Assembly (NCBI GenBank): GCA_963796685.1 | Contig: CAWCMR010000025.1 | Coordinates: 1,216,001 to 1,280,000, forward strand | Length of the DNA stretch: 64,000 bases | Source: an uncultured delta proteobacterium | Lineage (GTDB): Bacteria; Myxococcota_A; Polyangia; Fen-1088 | Direction: 5' to 3' | In this document: piece by piece, positions 38,207 to 46,942 of the stretch | Numbering within the stretch: the stretch's first letter is position 1 | How the letters are laid out: each line of letters starts with the position of its first letter | The notes under the pieces: model-generated | What the model saw: the letters and a program-made list of their open reading frames with translations, nothing else | Databases searched by the model: none | What the model was told of the DNA's origin: nothing | Program-made: the position numbers and the translations under genes

Positions 38207-40047
38207 GACGGCGATTCTGGTACGTTCTGGCCAGCGGGGCGGTCGTGGTGGCGGCCGCCGTGTGCTCGAGAAGCTTGGTGCGGGCGGCGAAGGATCTGAC
38301 GCTGGGCTGGTGGACGGGGATTGGACGCAACTCGCGCATTAGAATCCAAATGCGCGACGGCGTACGCTTGGGCGCGACGTTGTACCTGCCCAAGTCCTTC
38401 GAAAAGCCCCTGCCCGCGATCTTGATCCGGACCACCTACGGCGACATGGACTTCGCAACTATCCAGTCCTTCGTTTCGCACGGCTATGCCGTTCTTCTGG
38501 AGGACGTTCGCGGGCGCTATCGTTCCGAGGGCGAGTACCGTTCGCCCTACCACCGAACCAAAGAGGACGGGTACGACACGATTGACTGGATTGTGCGCCA
38601 GCCCTGGTCCAACCAGCGGGTCGGGACGTTCGGTTGTTCCTATCTCGGCGAGAACCAGATCATGCTTGCCAGTGCCCGTCACCCAAATCATGTCGCCATG
38701 ATTGCCTCGGGTTCGGGCGGCGCGGCAGGCAAGGCGAGAAAGAGCTACGGGTATTTCGGGGTGTTCGAGAACGGGGTCCTGAATCAAGCCTCCGCGCTCG
38801 GTTGGTTCACAGCTCAGGGGCGACCTGATCAGCGAATTCCACGCCGCCCGGCAGACTACCCCGAGCGAACGCGACAAAGCATGAGCGCACTTCCCGTGAC
38901 CGACTTGGGTCGTCTTCTGGTGGGGGTCAAGACTGGCTTCGACGATTTCACGCGGCACCCACTGACCGATACCTGGTGGGACGAGCAGGGCTACATCGGG
39001 CCACAGGATCGATTTTCCGCTGCCACGCTCCATGTGAACAGTTGGTATGATCAGACGGTGCAGGGGACTTTCGACCTCGCGGATACCATGCGTGAGAATG
39101 CGGAAGGAACCGGCGCGCTATCGCAACACGTTCTGATCGACCCGGGACTACATTGCCGCATGGACGACAACCCCAGCGGGCGCCTGACAGTCGGGGAGAT
39201 GGCGTTTGATTATCAGACGCTGGACTTCCGGAAGATCTATCTCGATTGGTTCGACCACTGGCTAAAGCAAGAGGCCAAACCGCTGCCTCCGAACTACCAA
39301 TTCTTTCTCATCCATGGCAACCAGTGGCGCACCAGCGAAACCTGGCCCCCACCAGGAACCCAACGTCACGGTCTTTACTTCGGCCCCGGCACGCTGCAGG
39401 CTCGACCTGACCAGGCCTCTTCCACGCAAGAGTACGACTACGACCCGCGCAATCCGGTTCCCTCCATGGGTGGTGCGCTCTGCTGCACGTACACCGGAAA
39501 CGAGCTGGCGGGGGCCGTGGATCAGTCAGCTCTCGCCGGACGTCCCGACATCTTGACCTACGCAAGCGATCCGGTCGGGCGTGACCTCGACATCATCGGA
39601 AACCCATCCGTCGACCTGTATGTATCGACGGACGGTTCGGACACGGATTTTACCGTCAAGCTGCTGGACATCGACCCTGTCGGGAAGGCATTCAACATTC
39701 AAGACGGCGTAAGCCGCTTGCGCTATCGCAATGGTGTAGACCACCCTGAGCTTGCGCAGCCCGGTGAAATCTACAAGATCACAATCAATCTTCGGCCAGT
39801 AGCCTTTCGCGTGCAGCAGGGCCATCGGGTGGGCCTTCATGTTTCGAGCAGCAATTTTCCTCGCCTGGCAAGGAATCTGAACACCGGCGAAGACGAGTAT
39901 AGGGACGCCCGGATAAGGGTCGCTCACAATCGGGTCTTTGTAGGGCATGACCACCCCTCGGTGGTATGGATTCCCACCGCCTCGGCAGAGGCATTGGCTC
40001 CTCTTCACGATCCTCCTCGGCACGAGAGTACGTCAGGATCGCGGTAG
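38203..40047 (+). CDS. CocE/NonD-family (S15) hydrolase with N-terminal signal/anchor
   Basis: MRDGVRL, DVRGRYRSEG, GCSYLG, YDYDPRNPVP, SSSNFPR. Confidence 0.92.
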   Translation: MRRRFWYVLASGAVVVAAAVCSRSLVRAAKDLTLGWWTGIGRNSRIRIQMRDGVRLGATLYLPKSFEKPLPAILIRTTYGDMDFATIQSFVSHGYAVLLEDVRGRYRSEGEYRSPYHRTKEDGYDTIDWIVRQPWSNQRVGTFGCSYLGENQIMLASARHPNHVAMIASGSGGAAGKARKSYGYFGVFENGVLNQASALGWFTAQGRPDQRIPRRPADYPERTRQSMSALPVTDLGRLLVGVKTGFDDFTRHPLTDTWWDEQGYIGPQDRFSAATLHVNSWYDQTVQGTFDLADTMRENAEGTGALSQHVLIDPGLHCRMDDNPSGRLTVGEMAFDYQTLDFRKIYLDWFDHWLKQEAKPLPPNYQFFLIHGNQWRTSETWPPPGTQRHGLYFGPGTLQARPDQASSTQEYDYDPRNPVPSMGGALCCTYTGNELAGAVDQSALAGRPDILTYASDPVGRDLDIIGNPSVDLYVSTDGSDTDFTVKLLDIDPVGKAFNIQDGVSRLRYRNGVDHPELAQPGEIYKITINLRPVAFRVQQGHRVGLHVSSSNFPRLARNLNTGEDEYRDARIRVAHNRVFVGHDHPSVVWIPTASAEALAPLHDPPRHESTSGSR

Positions 40048-40129
40048 GACAGTCCTTGCTCGACTATGACTCGGATAGACCCTGGGCGGTCGCACACGAC
40101 TCCGCACCGATCCTGTGTATCCGCTGCTA

Positions 40130-40255
40130 CAACCCCGAGAAGTACCTTCAAGGCTTGCCGCTGTACCGACTCGAAGACCGCTACGGCCGCGAAGGCGCGC
40201 CCATCGATCGAGGCACCATGTGCCGCTGGCTTGAAGATGTTGGCGTCATGGCGGG
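40130..40255 (+). pseudogene. IS66-family transposase fragment
   Basis: EKYLQGLPLYRLEDRYGREGAPIDRGTMCRW matches the TnpC KY...LPLYR...R.TM..W motif. Confidence 0.7.
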
Positions 40256-40259
40256 TGTC

Positions 40260-40406
40260 ACCGCAGGTTGATCCCCTTGGTTGACGCGGATTGTTGCGGA
40301 AGGACGGGCCCACTCATGATTCTGCAGAGTACTGCGGCCGCGACCGATTTCAGCGAGCCCGAACCGAGAATTGCCCCCTACGATCGGGCCATTCCTAGAG
40401 ATAAGT
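40260..40406. repeat. Direct repeat copy 2 (truncated FGE gene start)
   Basis: Minus strand reads MSGPVLPQQSASTKGINLR* versus FGE MSGPAPSQHSASTKGINLRS. Confidence 0.85.
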
Positions 40407-40697
40407 GATGGAACGCTGTGCGATGTCGCCAGTGAGCTGGTGACAACCCAAGGCCGACGCCAGCATCGACCGGACCTGACACGAGAACGTCCACCATAGG
40501 GAACACAAATCTTTCCGAATTGGCGTTCAGACAAACACACGCCCAACAGTGGGTGCGTAAGAGAGAACGCTTTTCGATTGCCCTTGCGCCCTCGAGGAGC
40601 CACGATCTCACAAGGTGTTATGCGTTAGGTGCAATTCAAGGAGTGGTGGGTGCTGATCGTCATTCAACTAGCAGGCAGGCAAGGGGAGGAAATAGCA

Positions 40698-41696
40698 ATG
40701 AGGATTGCTAGGTTCATTTTGTCGCGAGGTCTAGTTTTCGCTGGTTTTGGGCTGATGCTTCTCGCGGTCCTACTTGGCGGAAGCTGCCGGACAAGTTCCC
40801 CAGTTTCGAAGTTCACGAGCCCACCGGATGGAAGCGGCGGGGGAGGGACAGGCACGTCCGATGCGCAAGGCACCGGGGGTTTGGCGTCGACAGGTGGCAG
40901 CGTGACAAGCACTTCGGTAGCCATGTCCGGCTGCTCGGCGACAGGACAAGCCACTGGTGATCTGCATTTCTCGACCAAGGACGGACGCGGCAGGGCCCGC
41001 GACTATGAAGTTCTCGTTCCGGTGACCTATTCGTCCGGTGTTCCGCTCGCCGTTACGTTCCATTTCCATGGCGCAGGAGGAACCGAGGCAGGGGCCAAAA
41101 ACGATGGGCTGCAAAACGCGACTGGAGCAGCTGCCAACTCAATTTTCGTGTTTCCGCAGGGCGTTCAGTTCGGCAGCTACGGCGTTGGTTGGGACGACTC
41201 CTGCTCGGGCTACGACGTCGTGTTCTTCGACAACATGGTGGCGGATCTGCAGGGCAAATACTGTGTCGATCCTAACCGACTCTACGTGTCGGGATTTTCA
41301 TGGGGCTGCGATTTCGTGACGGCTTTGGTGTGTTGTCGCGGCAACCGGCTACGCGGGGTCGCGGCCGCGTCGTGCAGCGACGAATTCAGCGACTCTGCCA
41401 ACTACCAAACCTACGCGAATTATCCTTGCCCGGCTGCCAATGCCGCCGCGATTCGTTTCACGCACGACGTGAGTAGCGATGGTGCGTATACCGCCCAGCA
41501 ATTCGCGTCGACGGGTCAGCTTTACCGATCGCTCAGCTCTTGCTCGGCAACATCATCGCCCACGTCACCTTCGCCCTGCGTCTCCTATCAAAGCTGCAAG
41601 AATCCCGTGGTTGAATGTGGATACTCCGGAATTGGACATGCCTTGCCGCCCAATTGGGCCAGCGATACCTGGAATTTCTTCAGCCAGCTTCGCTGA
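40698..41696 (+). CDS. Secreted/lipoprotein esterase (LpqP/feruloyl-esterase-like), paralog 3
   Basis: GGAGG RBS, LLGGSC leader, GFSWG. Catalytic domain nearly identical to paralog 1. Confidence 0.85.
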   Translation: MRIARFILSRGLVFAGFGLMLLAVLLGGSCRTSSPVSKFTSPPDGSGGGGTGTSDAQGTGGLASTGGSVTSTSVAMSGCSATGQATGDLHFSTKDGRGRARDYEVLVPVTYSSGVPLAVTFHFHGAGGTEAGAKNDGLQNATGAAANSIFVFPQGVQFGSYGVGWDDSCSGYDVVFFDNMVADLQGKYCVDPNRLYVSGFSWGCDFVTALVCCRGNRLRGVAAASCSDEFSDSANYQTYANYPCPAANAAAIRFTHDVSSDGAYTAQQFASTGQLYRSLSSCSATSSPTSPSPCVSYQSCKNPVVECGYSGIGHALPPNWASDTWNFFSQLR

Positions 41697-41767
41697 GTGG
41701 ATGCAGCGGCACAAAGTTACGCGCCCTTGCTTGTCGATGGTGTCGAATCGAGTGGCGCCAACCCTTA

Positions 41768-43058
41768 GGCCATGCACCAGAATTAACTCGTCAACTTCGC
41801 CAAAGTGTGACTATATTGCCGGGTGCTTCGCAACGAGGGACTGGAGGCCGCAGTCGTAAGCAAGTATTCGGCAATCGCGGCTGTGCTTGACGAGCGAGCG
41901 CGTCGGCTTTGGGCAGCCGCCGAGTCGCGTGCGATCGGATATGGTGGGGATGCACTTGTGTCCGCGGCGACTGGCCTGGCACGAGACACGGTTCGTCGCG
42001 GTCGATTGGAGATCGAGGAGGGAGTCTCCGCTACAGGCCGAGTTCGTCGCGTTGGAGCCGGGCGGCCAAGCTTCAAGAAGACGCAACAAGGTCTGGAAGT
42101 GGCGCTGGAGAGACTGGTGGACCCGCTCACACGCGGCGATCCCATGTCGCCACTGCGATGGACGTGCAAGAGCCGAGCGAAGCTGGCTGCGGCGCTCTCG
42201 GCGGATGGCTGGACGGTGAGTTCTACGACCGTGGGACGGCTTCTGCACGGCCTTGGCTATCGCCTGCAGGCCGTGCAGAAGAGCCGTGAAGGAACCTCGC
42301 ATCCGGACCGCAACGAGCAGTTTGAGTACATCAACGCGACCGCAGAGAGGTATCTGCGACGCAAACAGCCTGTCGTATCGGTCGACACCAAGAAGAAGGA
42401 ACTCGTCGGTGATTTCAAGAATGGCGGACGGGAATGGCAACCGAAGGGCACGCCGGACAAGGTGCTGGTACACGATTTCCCTGGCGACTCGGTGGGCAAG
42501 GCCATTCCGTATGGCGTCTACGACATGGCTCGCAACGAGGCGTGGGTCAGTGTCGGCCGAGATCACGACACACCCAAGTTCGCGGTCGCTTCGATTCGGC
42601 AGTGGTGGAAAACGATGGGTCAGCAGGCGTACCCCGAGGCCAAGAACCTGTTCATCACTGCCGACGCAGGAGGAAGCAACGGGTATCGGGCACGCGCCTG
42701 GAAGGTCGAATTGCAGAAGTTCGCAGACGACAGCGGATTGCGGATCCGAGTCAGCCACTTTCCCCCTGGTACGAGCAAGTGGAACAAGATCGAGCATCGG
42801 CTCTTCTGCCACATCACGCAGAACTGGCGTGGCAAGCCATTGCGCACCTTCGAAACGATCGTGGATTTGATCGGCAATACGCGAACGGAAGCAGGCTTGC
42901 GGGTCAAGGCCAAGCTCGACCTGCGCAAGTACAGTACTGGCGTGGAAGTTTCAGAGACTGAGATGCACAGGCTCTCATTGCGACCGCACACGTTCCATGG
43001 CGAGTGGAACTACGAGCTGCAACCCCGCGAGTTGACTAGGTAATTAGGATCAAAGGCC
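41768..43058 (+). mobile_element. ISAzo13-family insertion sequence, copy 2
   Basis: Same ends as copy 1; same orientation. Confidence 0.92.
41823..43043 (+). CDS. ISAzo13-family transposase
   Basis: Protein identical to 20166..21386. Confidence 0.95.
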   Translation: MLRNEGLEAAVVSKYSAIAAVLDERARRLWAAAESRAIGYGGDALVSAATGLARDTVRRGRLEIEEGVSATGRVRRVGAGRPSFKKTQQGLEVALERLVDPLTRGDPMSPLRWTCKSRAKLAAALSADGWTVSSTTVGRLLHGLGYRLQAVQKSREGTSHPDRNEQFEYINATAERYLRRKQPVVSVDTKKKELVGDFKNGGREWQPKGTPDKVLVHDFPGDSVGKAIPYGVYDMARNEAWVSVGRDHDTPKFAVASIRQWWKTMGQQAYPEAKNLFITADAGGSNGYRARAWKVELQKFADDSGLRIRVSHFPPGTSKWNKIEHRLFCHITQNWRGKPLRTFETIVDLIGNTRTEAGLRVKAKLDLRKYSTGVEVSETEMHRLSLRPHTFHGEWNYELQPRELTR

Positions 43059-43061
43059 TAA

Positions 43062-44378
43062 GGACCCGCTCAGGAACAACTTGATTAGGGCATGACGATT
43101 GGGGATCGACAGAAGGTCGAGAACGTGACTTATGGTGGGGATGGCAGACGAGGCAGAGATTCGGAGAAAGTACGAGGCGCTTGAGTGCGTAATGGACGAG
43201 CGCCTGCGCCGGTTGTGGGCAGGCGTGGAGGCCGAATGCAGCGCTGGGGGCATTGCCGCCGTGGAACGCGCGACTGGGCTGTCACGCACCACGATTCGGG
43301 TGGGACGAGATGAGCTGCGCAACGGCATCGAGCCTGCTGACGTGGTCAATGTGCGCCGCCCCGGTGGCGGGCGCATCTCGCTTGAGGAACAGCATCCGGA
43401 ATTGCTGACGACGCTGGAGAGTCTCGTGGATCCAGTCACGCGTGGCGACCCGGAGTCGCCCTTGCGCTGGACGTCGAAGAGCACACGCAAGCTGGCGGAA
43501 GAATTGGCGGCGCGGGGCTATCAACTCAGTCCGCAGAAGGTCGGGCAGTTGCTCAATGCCAGCGGCTACAGCCTGCAAGCGAACCACAAGACCACCGAAG
43601 GCTCCGCGCACGTCGATCGCGATGCACAGTTCGAGTTCATCAACGACCGCGTCGATGCGATGCAAGGACGTGGCGCACCGGTCATCTCGGTAGACACCAA
43701 GAAGAAGGAACTCGTGGGGGACTTCAAAAACGGAGGGCGCGAGTGACAACCGCAGGGCGCGCCAGTCCCCGTGCGCGTGCATGACTTCATCGACAAGGAC
43801 CTGGGCAAGGCGATTCCGTATGGCGTCTACGACATCGGCTTGAACACCGCCTGGGTCAGCGTAGGCGTAGACCACGACACCGCGGAGTTTGCAGTGGAAT
43901 CCATCGGCCAGTGGTGGCGCAACATGGGAAAGAAGGCCTATCCCGAAGCAACGGAGTTGCTTATCACCGCGGACGGTGGCGGGAGCAATGGCTACCGTTC
44001 GCGCCTATGGAAGCTCGAACTGCAGCGGCTCGCGGACCGAACCGGGCTCACCATCGGTGTCTCGCATTTTCCTCCAGGCACCTCGAAATGGAACAAGATC
44101 GAACACCGCCTGTTTTGCCACATCACGGAGAACTGGCGCGGACGCCCTCTCGTTGATCACGAGACCATCGTGCAACTCATTGGCAGCGTCCGCACATCGA
44201 CTGGACTCTCGGTCAAATCGAAGCTCGACGTCCGAACCTACCAAACCGGCATTACCGTTTCCGACGCACAGATGGACCAACTCAATATCGTCGCCGCCAC
44301 GTTTCACGGCGAGTGGAACTACACAATCAAGCCCACTCGCCCACAATGCCGGTGATCAAGTTGTTCCTGATCGAGTCC
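43062..44378 (+). mobile_element. Second, distinct ISAzo13-family element
   Basis: 24-bp IRs GGACCCGCTCAGGAACAACTTGAT / GGACTCGATCAGGAACAACTTGAT. TAA duplicated at 43059-61 and 44379-81. Confidence 0.92.
43132..44355 (+). pseudogene. ISAzo13-family transposase with in-frame TGA at 43744-43746
   Basis: GGRE*QPQG versus GGREWQPKG in the intact relatives. Both halves are in frame. Confidence 0.88.
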
Positions 44379-46061
44379 TAACCAGGAGCCTAGACCGGAC
44401 ACGGCCTCCATAATCAGCGCGGCTACGCGCGTGGTATCGTTGGCCGACTTGCCGTAGGGGTCCTCGATATCAAGTTGAGGAACCAACTGGAATATCCCGA
44501 GTGGAAGACAACGTTCCATTGCATCCGGGAAGCATCGCTCCATGGCCGCGAGGTTCTCGCTGTCCATGACGAGAATGAGCTGGGCCTCGCTCACCATTTT
44601 GGTATCAATCAGTTTGGACGAATGCGAAGTCAAGTCTACCCCCAGCTGTCGAGCAGCCTCAAGCACGTTTGTGGGCGACTTGCGGCCGGTTTTCCGGTGA
44701 AAACCAGCCGACGTGACCGTCATGTCCGGCATCAGCTTTCTGACGATCTGTTCGGCCAAAGGACTGCGACAAATGTTTCCATAGCAAACGAGAAGGATCT
44801 TCCTTATCTGACCTTTCTCTCGGGACAGTTGCTTGAGCTTTGATTGTGCCCGGTTGAGCAACCAGCGATCTTTGGCCTTGCGGCGAGCGAACCGAAACAT
44901 CCGCTCGCCCCACCGTCGGCCAATGTTTTTGGTGATCGCCCAGGTAACGCCGAGATCGCCCAAGTCAAAATGATCCCAGCTTTCCTTGCCGTATACAGGG
45001 CGCAACAGCTCAAGCAGCGTCCCGGTTCGCGACCGTGTGAAAAGTAACGGGTCGGAGCGGTTGGCCCTCAGGTTTTCCTTCTGCCACTCCAGGTCCGTCA
45101 GGAGATCCCGGGTGTAATAGCCCGTCTGGTACTTGGCCTGCTGAGAAGGTGGCTGACCTGTGGCGACTTGGAGAAGCCCAAGCGGAAAGTCGACACCGGC
45201 GTCGATGGATAACGCGAGCGATCCCCACAGGCGGGGATTGATCTCCATGAGACAAGGCGTATTCTGACCATCCCACTTGAATTCTACCATCGCGACGCCG
45301 TGCCATCGCAGCGCAGACATCAACTTGAGCGCAGGCTGCAACAGGGCATCGAAGGGTGGCACCGACCGACGGTAGGAGCTGCCACCGCCCGTCAGCGGAT
45401 ACTCGTGAACCCGCTCGTGCACAAACTTCCAGAGCGGATTTCCTTTCGAGTACAGCACATCGACCCCGAATCCGATGCCGCCCACGTACTCCTGCTGCTG
45501 TATCGCCGTGTATGGAAGCAGCCGTCCCAGATACTTGCTCCTTTCTTGAGCCGAACTGGCGATGCAGGGAGCCTCGGTCACCATGTCGCCGTCGATGTCG
45601 AACTTGCTCCGCACCGGTTTGAGCACGATGGGATAGACGTGCCAATCTCGGATTTCGCCGTGTTGTGGGATCAGCGAAGTGGCAGGGGTCACGATACCAA
45701 GACCAGTGGCGAATTTTTGCGTTGCCTCCTTGTCAAGCGCCACATCGAGCGATTGATTGGCAGCGATAACTGCGCGTATCCGACGAGGATCTGATTCGTC
45801 GAGTTGACGCATGGCGTCCAGAGAGAGCTCGGTCGAGGGCACGATGAGGTCATACGCGTCAGGCTCAAGAGCAGAGAGCCACGCGACCAATTGGCCGGGA
45901 CTTGTCGGCTGTGTCAGTCTGTGCTGTGCGTAGCGCGAACGAAACGCAAGACAGTCTGGCCGGGAACTGGCGATGTCGGCTTTCACGCCATGCCTCCCGA
46001 GCGACTGCAGGGTCTCCAGGCCCGCGCGGCTGTGGGCATCTAGGATGAGCGCTGTGGGCAT
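44319..46061 (-). CDS. ATP-grasp domain fused to a low-molecular-weight protein tyrosine phosphatase; extreme C-terminus reads into the IS
   Basis: YPIVLKP, QQEYVGG, AMVEFK, LMEINPRLWGS. PTP: VCYGNICRS, SAG, IEDPY. Confidence 0.88.
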   Translation of the reverse strand: MPTALILDAHSRAGLETLQSLGRHGVKADIASSRPDCLAFRSRYAQHRLTQPTSPGQLVAWLSALEPDAYDLIVPSTELSLDAMRQLDESDPRRIRAVIAANQSLDVALDKEATQKFATGLGIVTPATSLIPQHGEIRDWHVYPIVLKPVRSKFDIDGDMVTEAPCIASSAQERSKYLGRLLPYTAIQQQEYVGGIGFGVDVLYSKGNPLWKFVHERVHEYPLTGGGSSYRRSVPPFDALLQPALKLMSALRWHGVAMVEFKWDGQNTPCLMEINPRLWGSLALSIDAGVDFPLGLLQVATGQPPSQQAKYQTGYYTRDLLTDLEWQKENLRANRSDPLLFTRSRTGTLLELLRPVYGKESWDHFDLGDLGVTWAITKNIGRRWGERMFRFARRKAKDRWLLNRAQSKLKQLSREKGQIRKILLVCYGNICRSPLAEQIVRKLMPDMTVTSAGFHRKTGRKSPTNVLEAARQLGVDLTSHSSKLIDTKMVSEAQLILVMDSENLAAMERCFPDAMERCLPLGIFQLVPQLDIEDPYGKSANDTTRVAALIMEAVSGLGSWLGLDQEQLDHRHCGRVGLIV

Positions 46062-46096
46062 GGCTAGGATCGTGGCTACGTTGACCGCGTTTGCGA

Positions 46097-46942
46097 CTAC
46101 TTCAAGTCTCCACGAAAATGCGTGAGTTGCTCGGCTGCCCAGCTTTCAATCGCGTTGAGCAGGCGCTGGCGGTGAGACTCCACGGGATACAGGTGCTGAG
46201 CGTCGGGCCAGTAGTATTCCCGACAAATCTTTTCTAACCCGGGGATCCCCAAGGATTTTGCAAATTGGCCCTCAAGGTTGTAGCAGTCGTAAACATCGCC
46301 TGTGAAGACCATGAGGAGCCGACCATCGGTTTCGACAAGGCTCATGACGCATCGCTTTAGGTCATCAGGACGAGGAAGATCGCGCAAGCCAAGATCGGGG
46401 CTGGTTCCGGCCGGGGTTGCTGCGCCAAGGCCGAGGCGCCGAATCAACCTCCCGGCCACGCGGGCCCACCGGCGCCGGTCCCACACTCTCGACTTCAGGT
46501 AGCGGTATAGGAAGCCGCGGTCGCGCGGCGAGCGGACATCAAACAGCATCAGGCCACGAATACGCAAGTCAGACGCCGACAACTTGATGCCGTTGTCCGC
46601 ACCCGAACAAAGACCCATGATCACCAACGGCCGCGGACCAAACTGACGCTCCAGAGCTTCACAAAGGTATTTCCAGTCGAGCGCCACGGACTCGCGATTG
46701 CTCAGGCCCTCCCGCGGTGGTGTGTCGCCCTTGCCCGAGAGATCCATGCGAACGCACAGGTACCCTAATGCCGCCAATCTGCGCGCGGCTAGTACGTTGA
46801 GCCGGTAGGGCTCGGCTCGATGGAGCACGCCCGGATTCAGCATGACCACGATGGGGGCAGTCTCGGGCTTCTCGGGCAGGGTGACCATCGCAAATCCGCG
46901 GCCACCCTCTCCGTATCGGAGAGGCTTCTCTTGGATAGTCAT
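46097..46942 (-). CDS. Alpha/beta-hydrolase-fold protein (exosortase-associated hydrolase 1-like), Cys at the nucleophile elbow
   Basis: LNPGVLHR, RMDLSGKGDT, GLCSGAD, DAQHLY. Confidence 0.78.
   Translation of the reverse strand: MTIQEKPLRYGEGGRGFAMVTLPEKPETAPIVVMLNPGVLHRAEPYRLNVLAARRLAALGYLCVRMDLSGKGDTPPREGLSNRESVALDWKYLCEALERQFGPRPLVIMGLCSGADNGIKLSASDLRIRGLMLFDVRSPRDRGFLYRYLKSRVWDRRRWARVAGRLIRRLGLGAATPAGTSPDLGLRDLPRPDDLKRCVMSLVETDGRLLMVFTGDVYDCYNLEGQFAKSLGIPGLEKICREYYWPDAQHLYPVESHRQRLLNAIESWAAEQLTHFRGDLK

Noticed and set aside
7422-43746. Stop-codon reassignment to Trp
   Set aside because: The two cases use different codons (TAG, TGA), both codons terminate many genes normally here, and TGG is used throughout.
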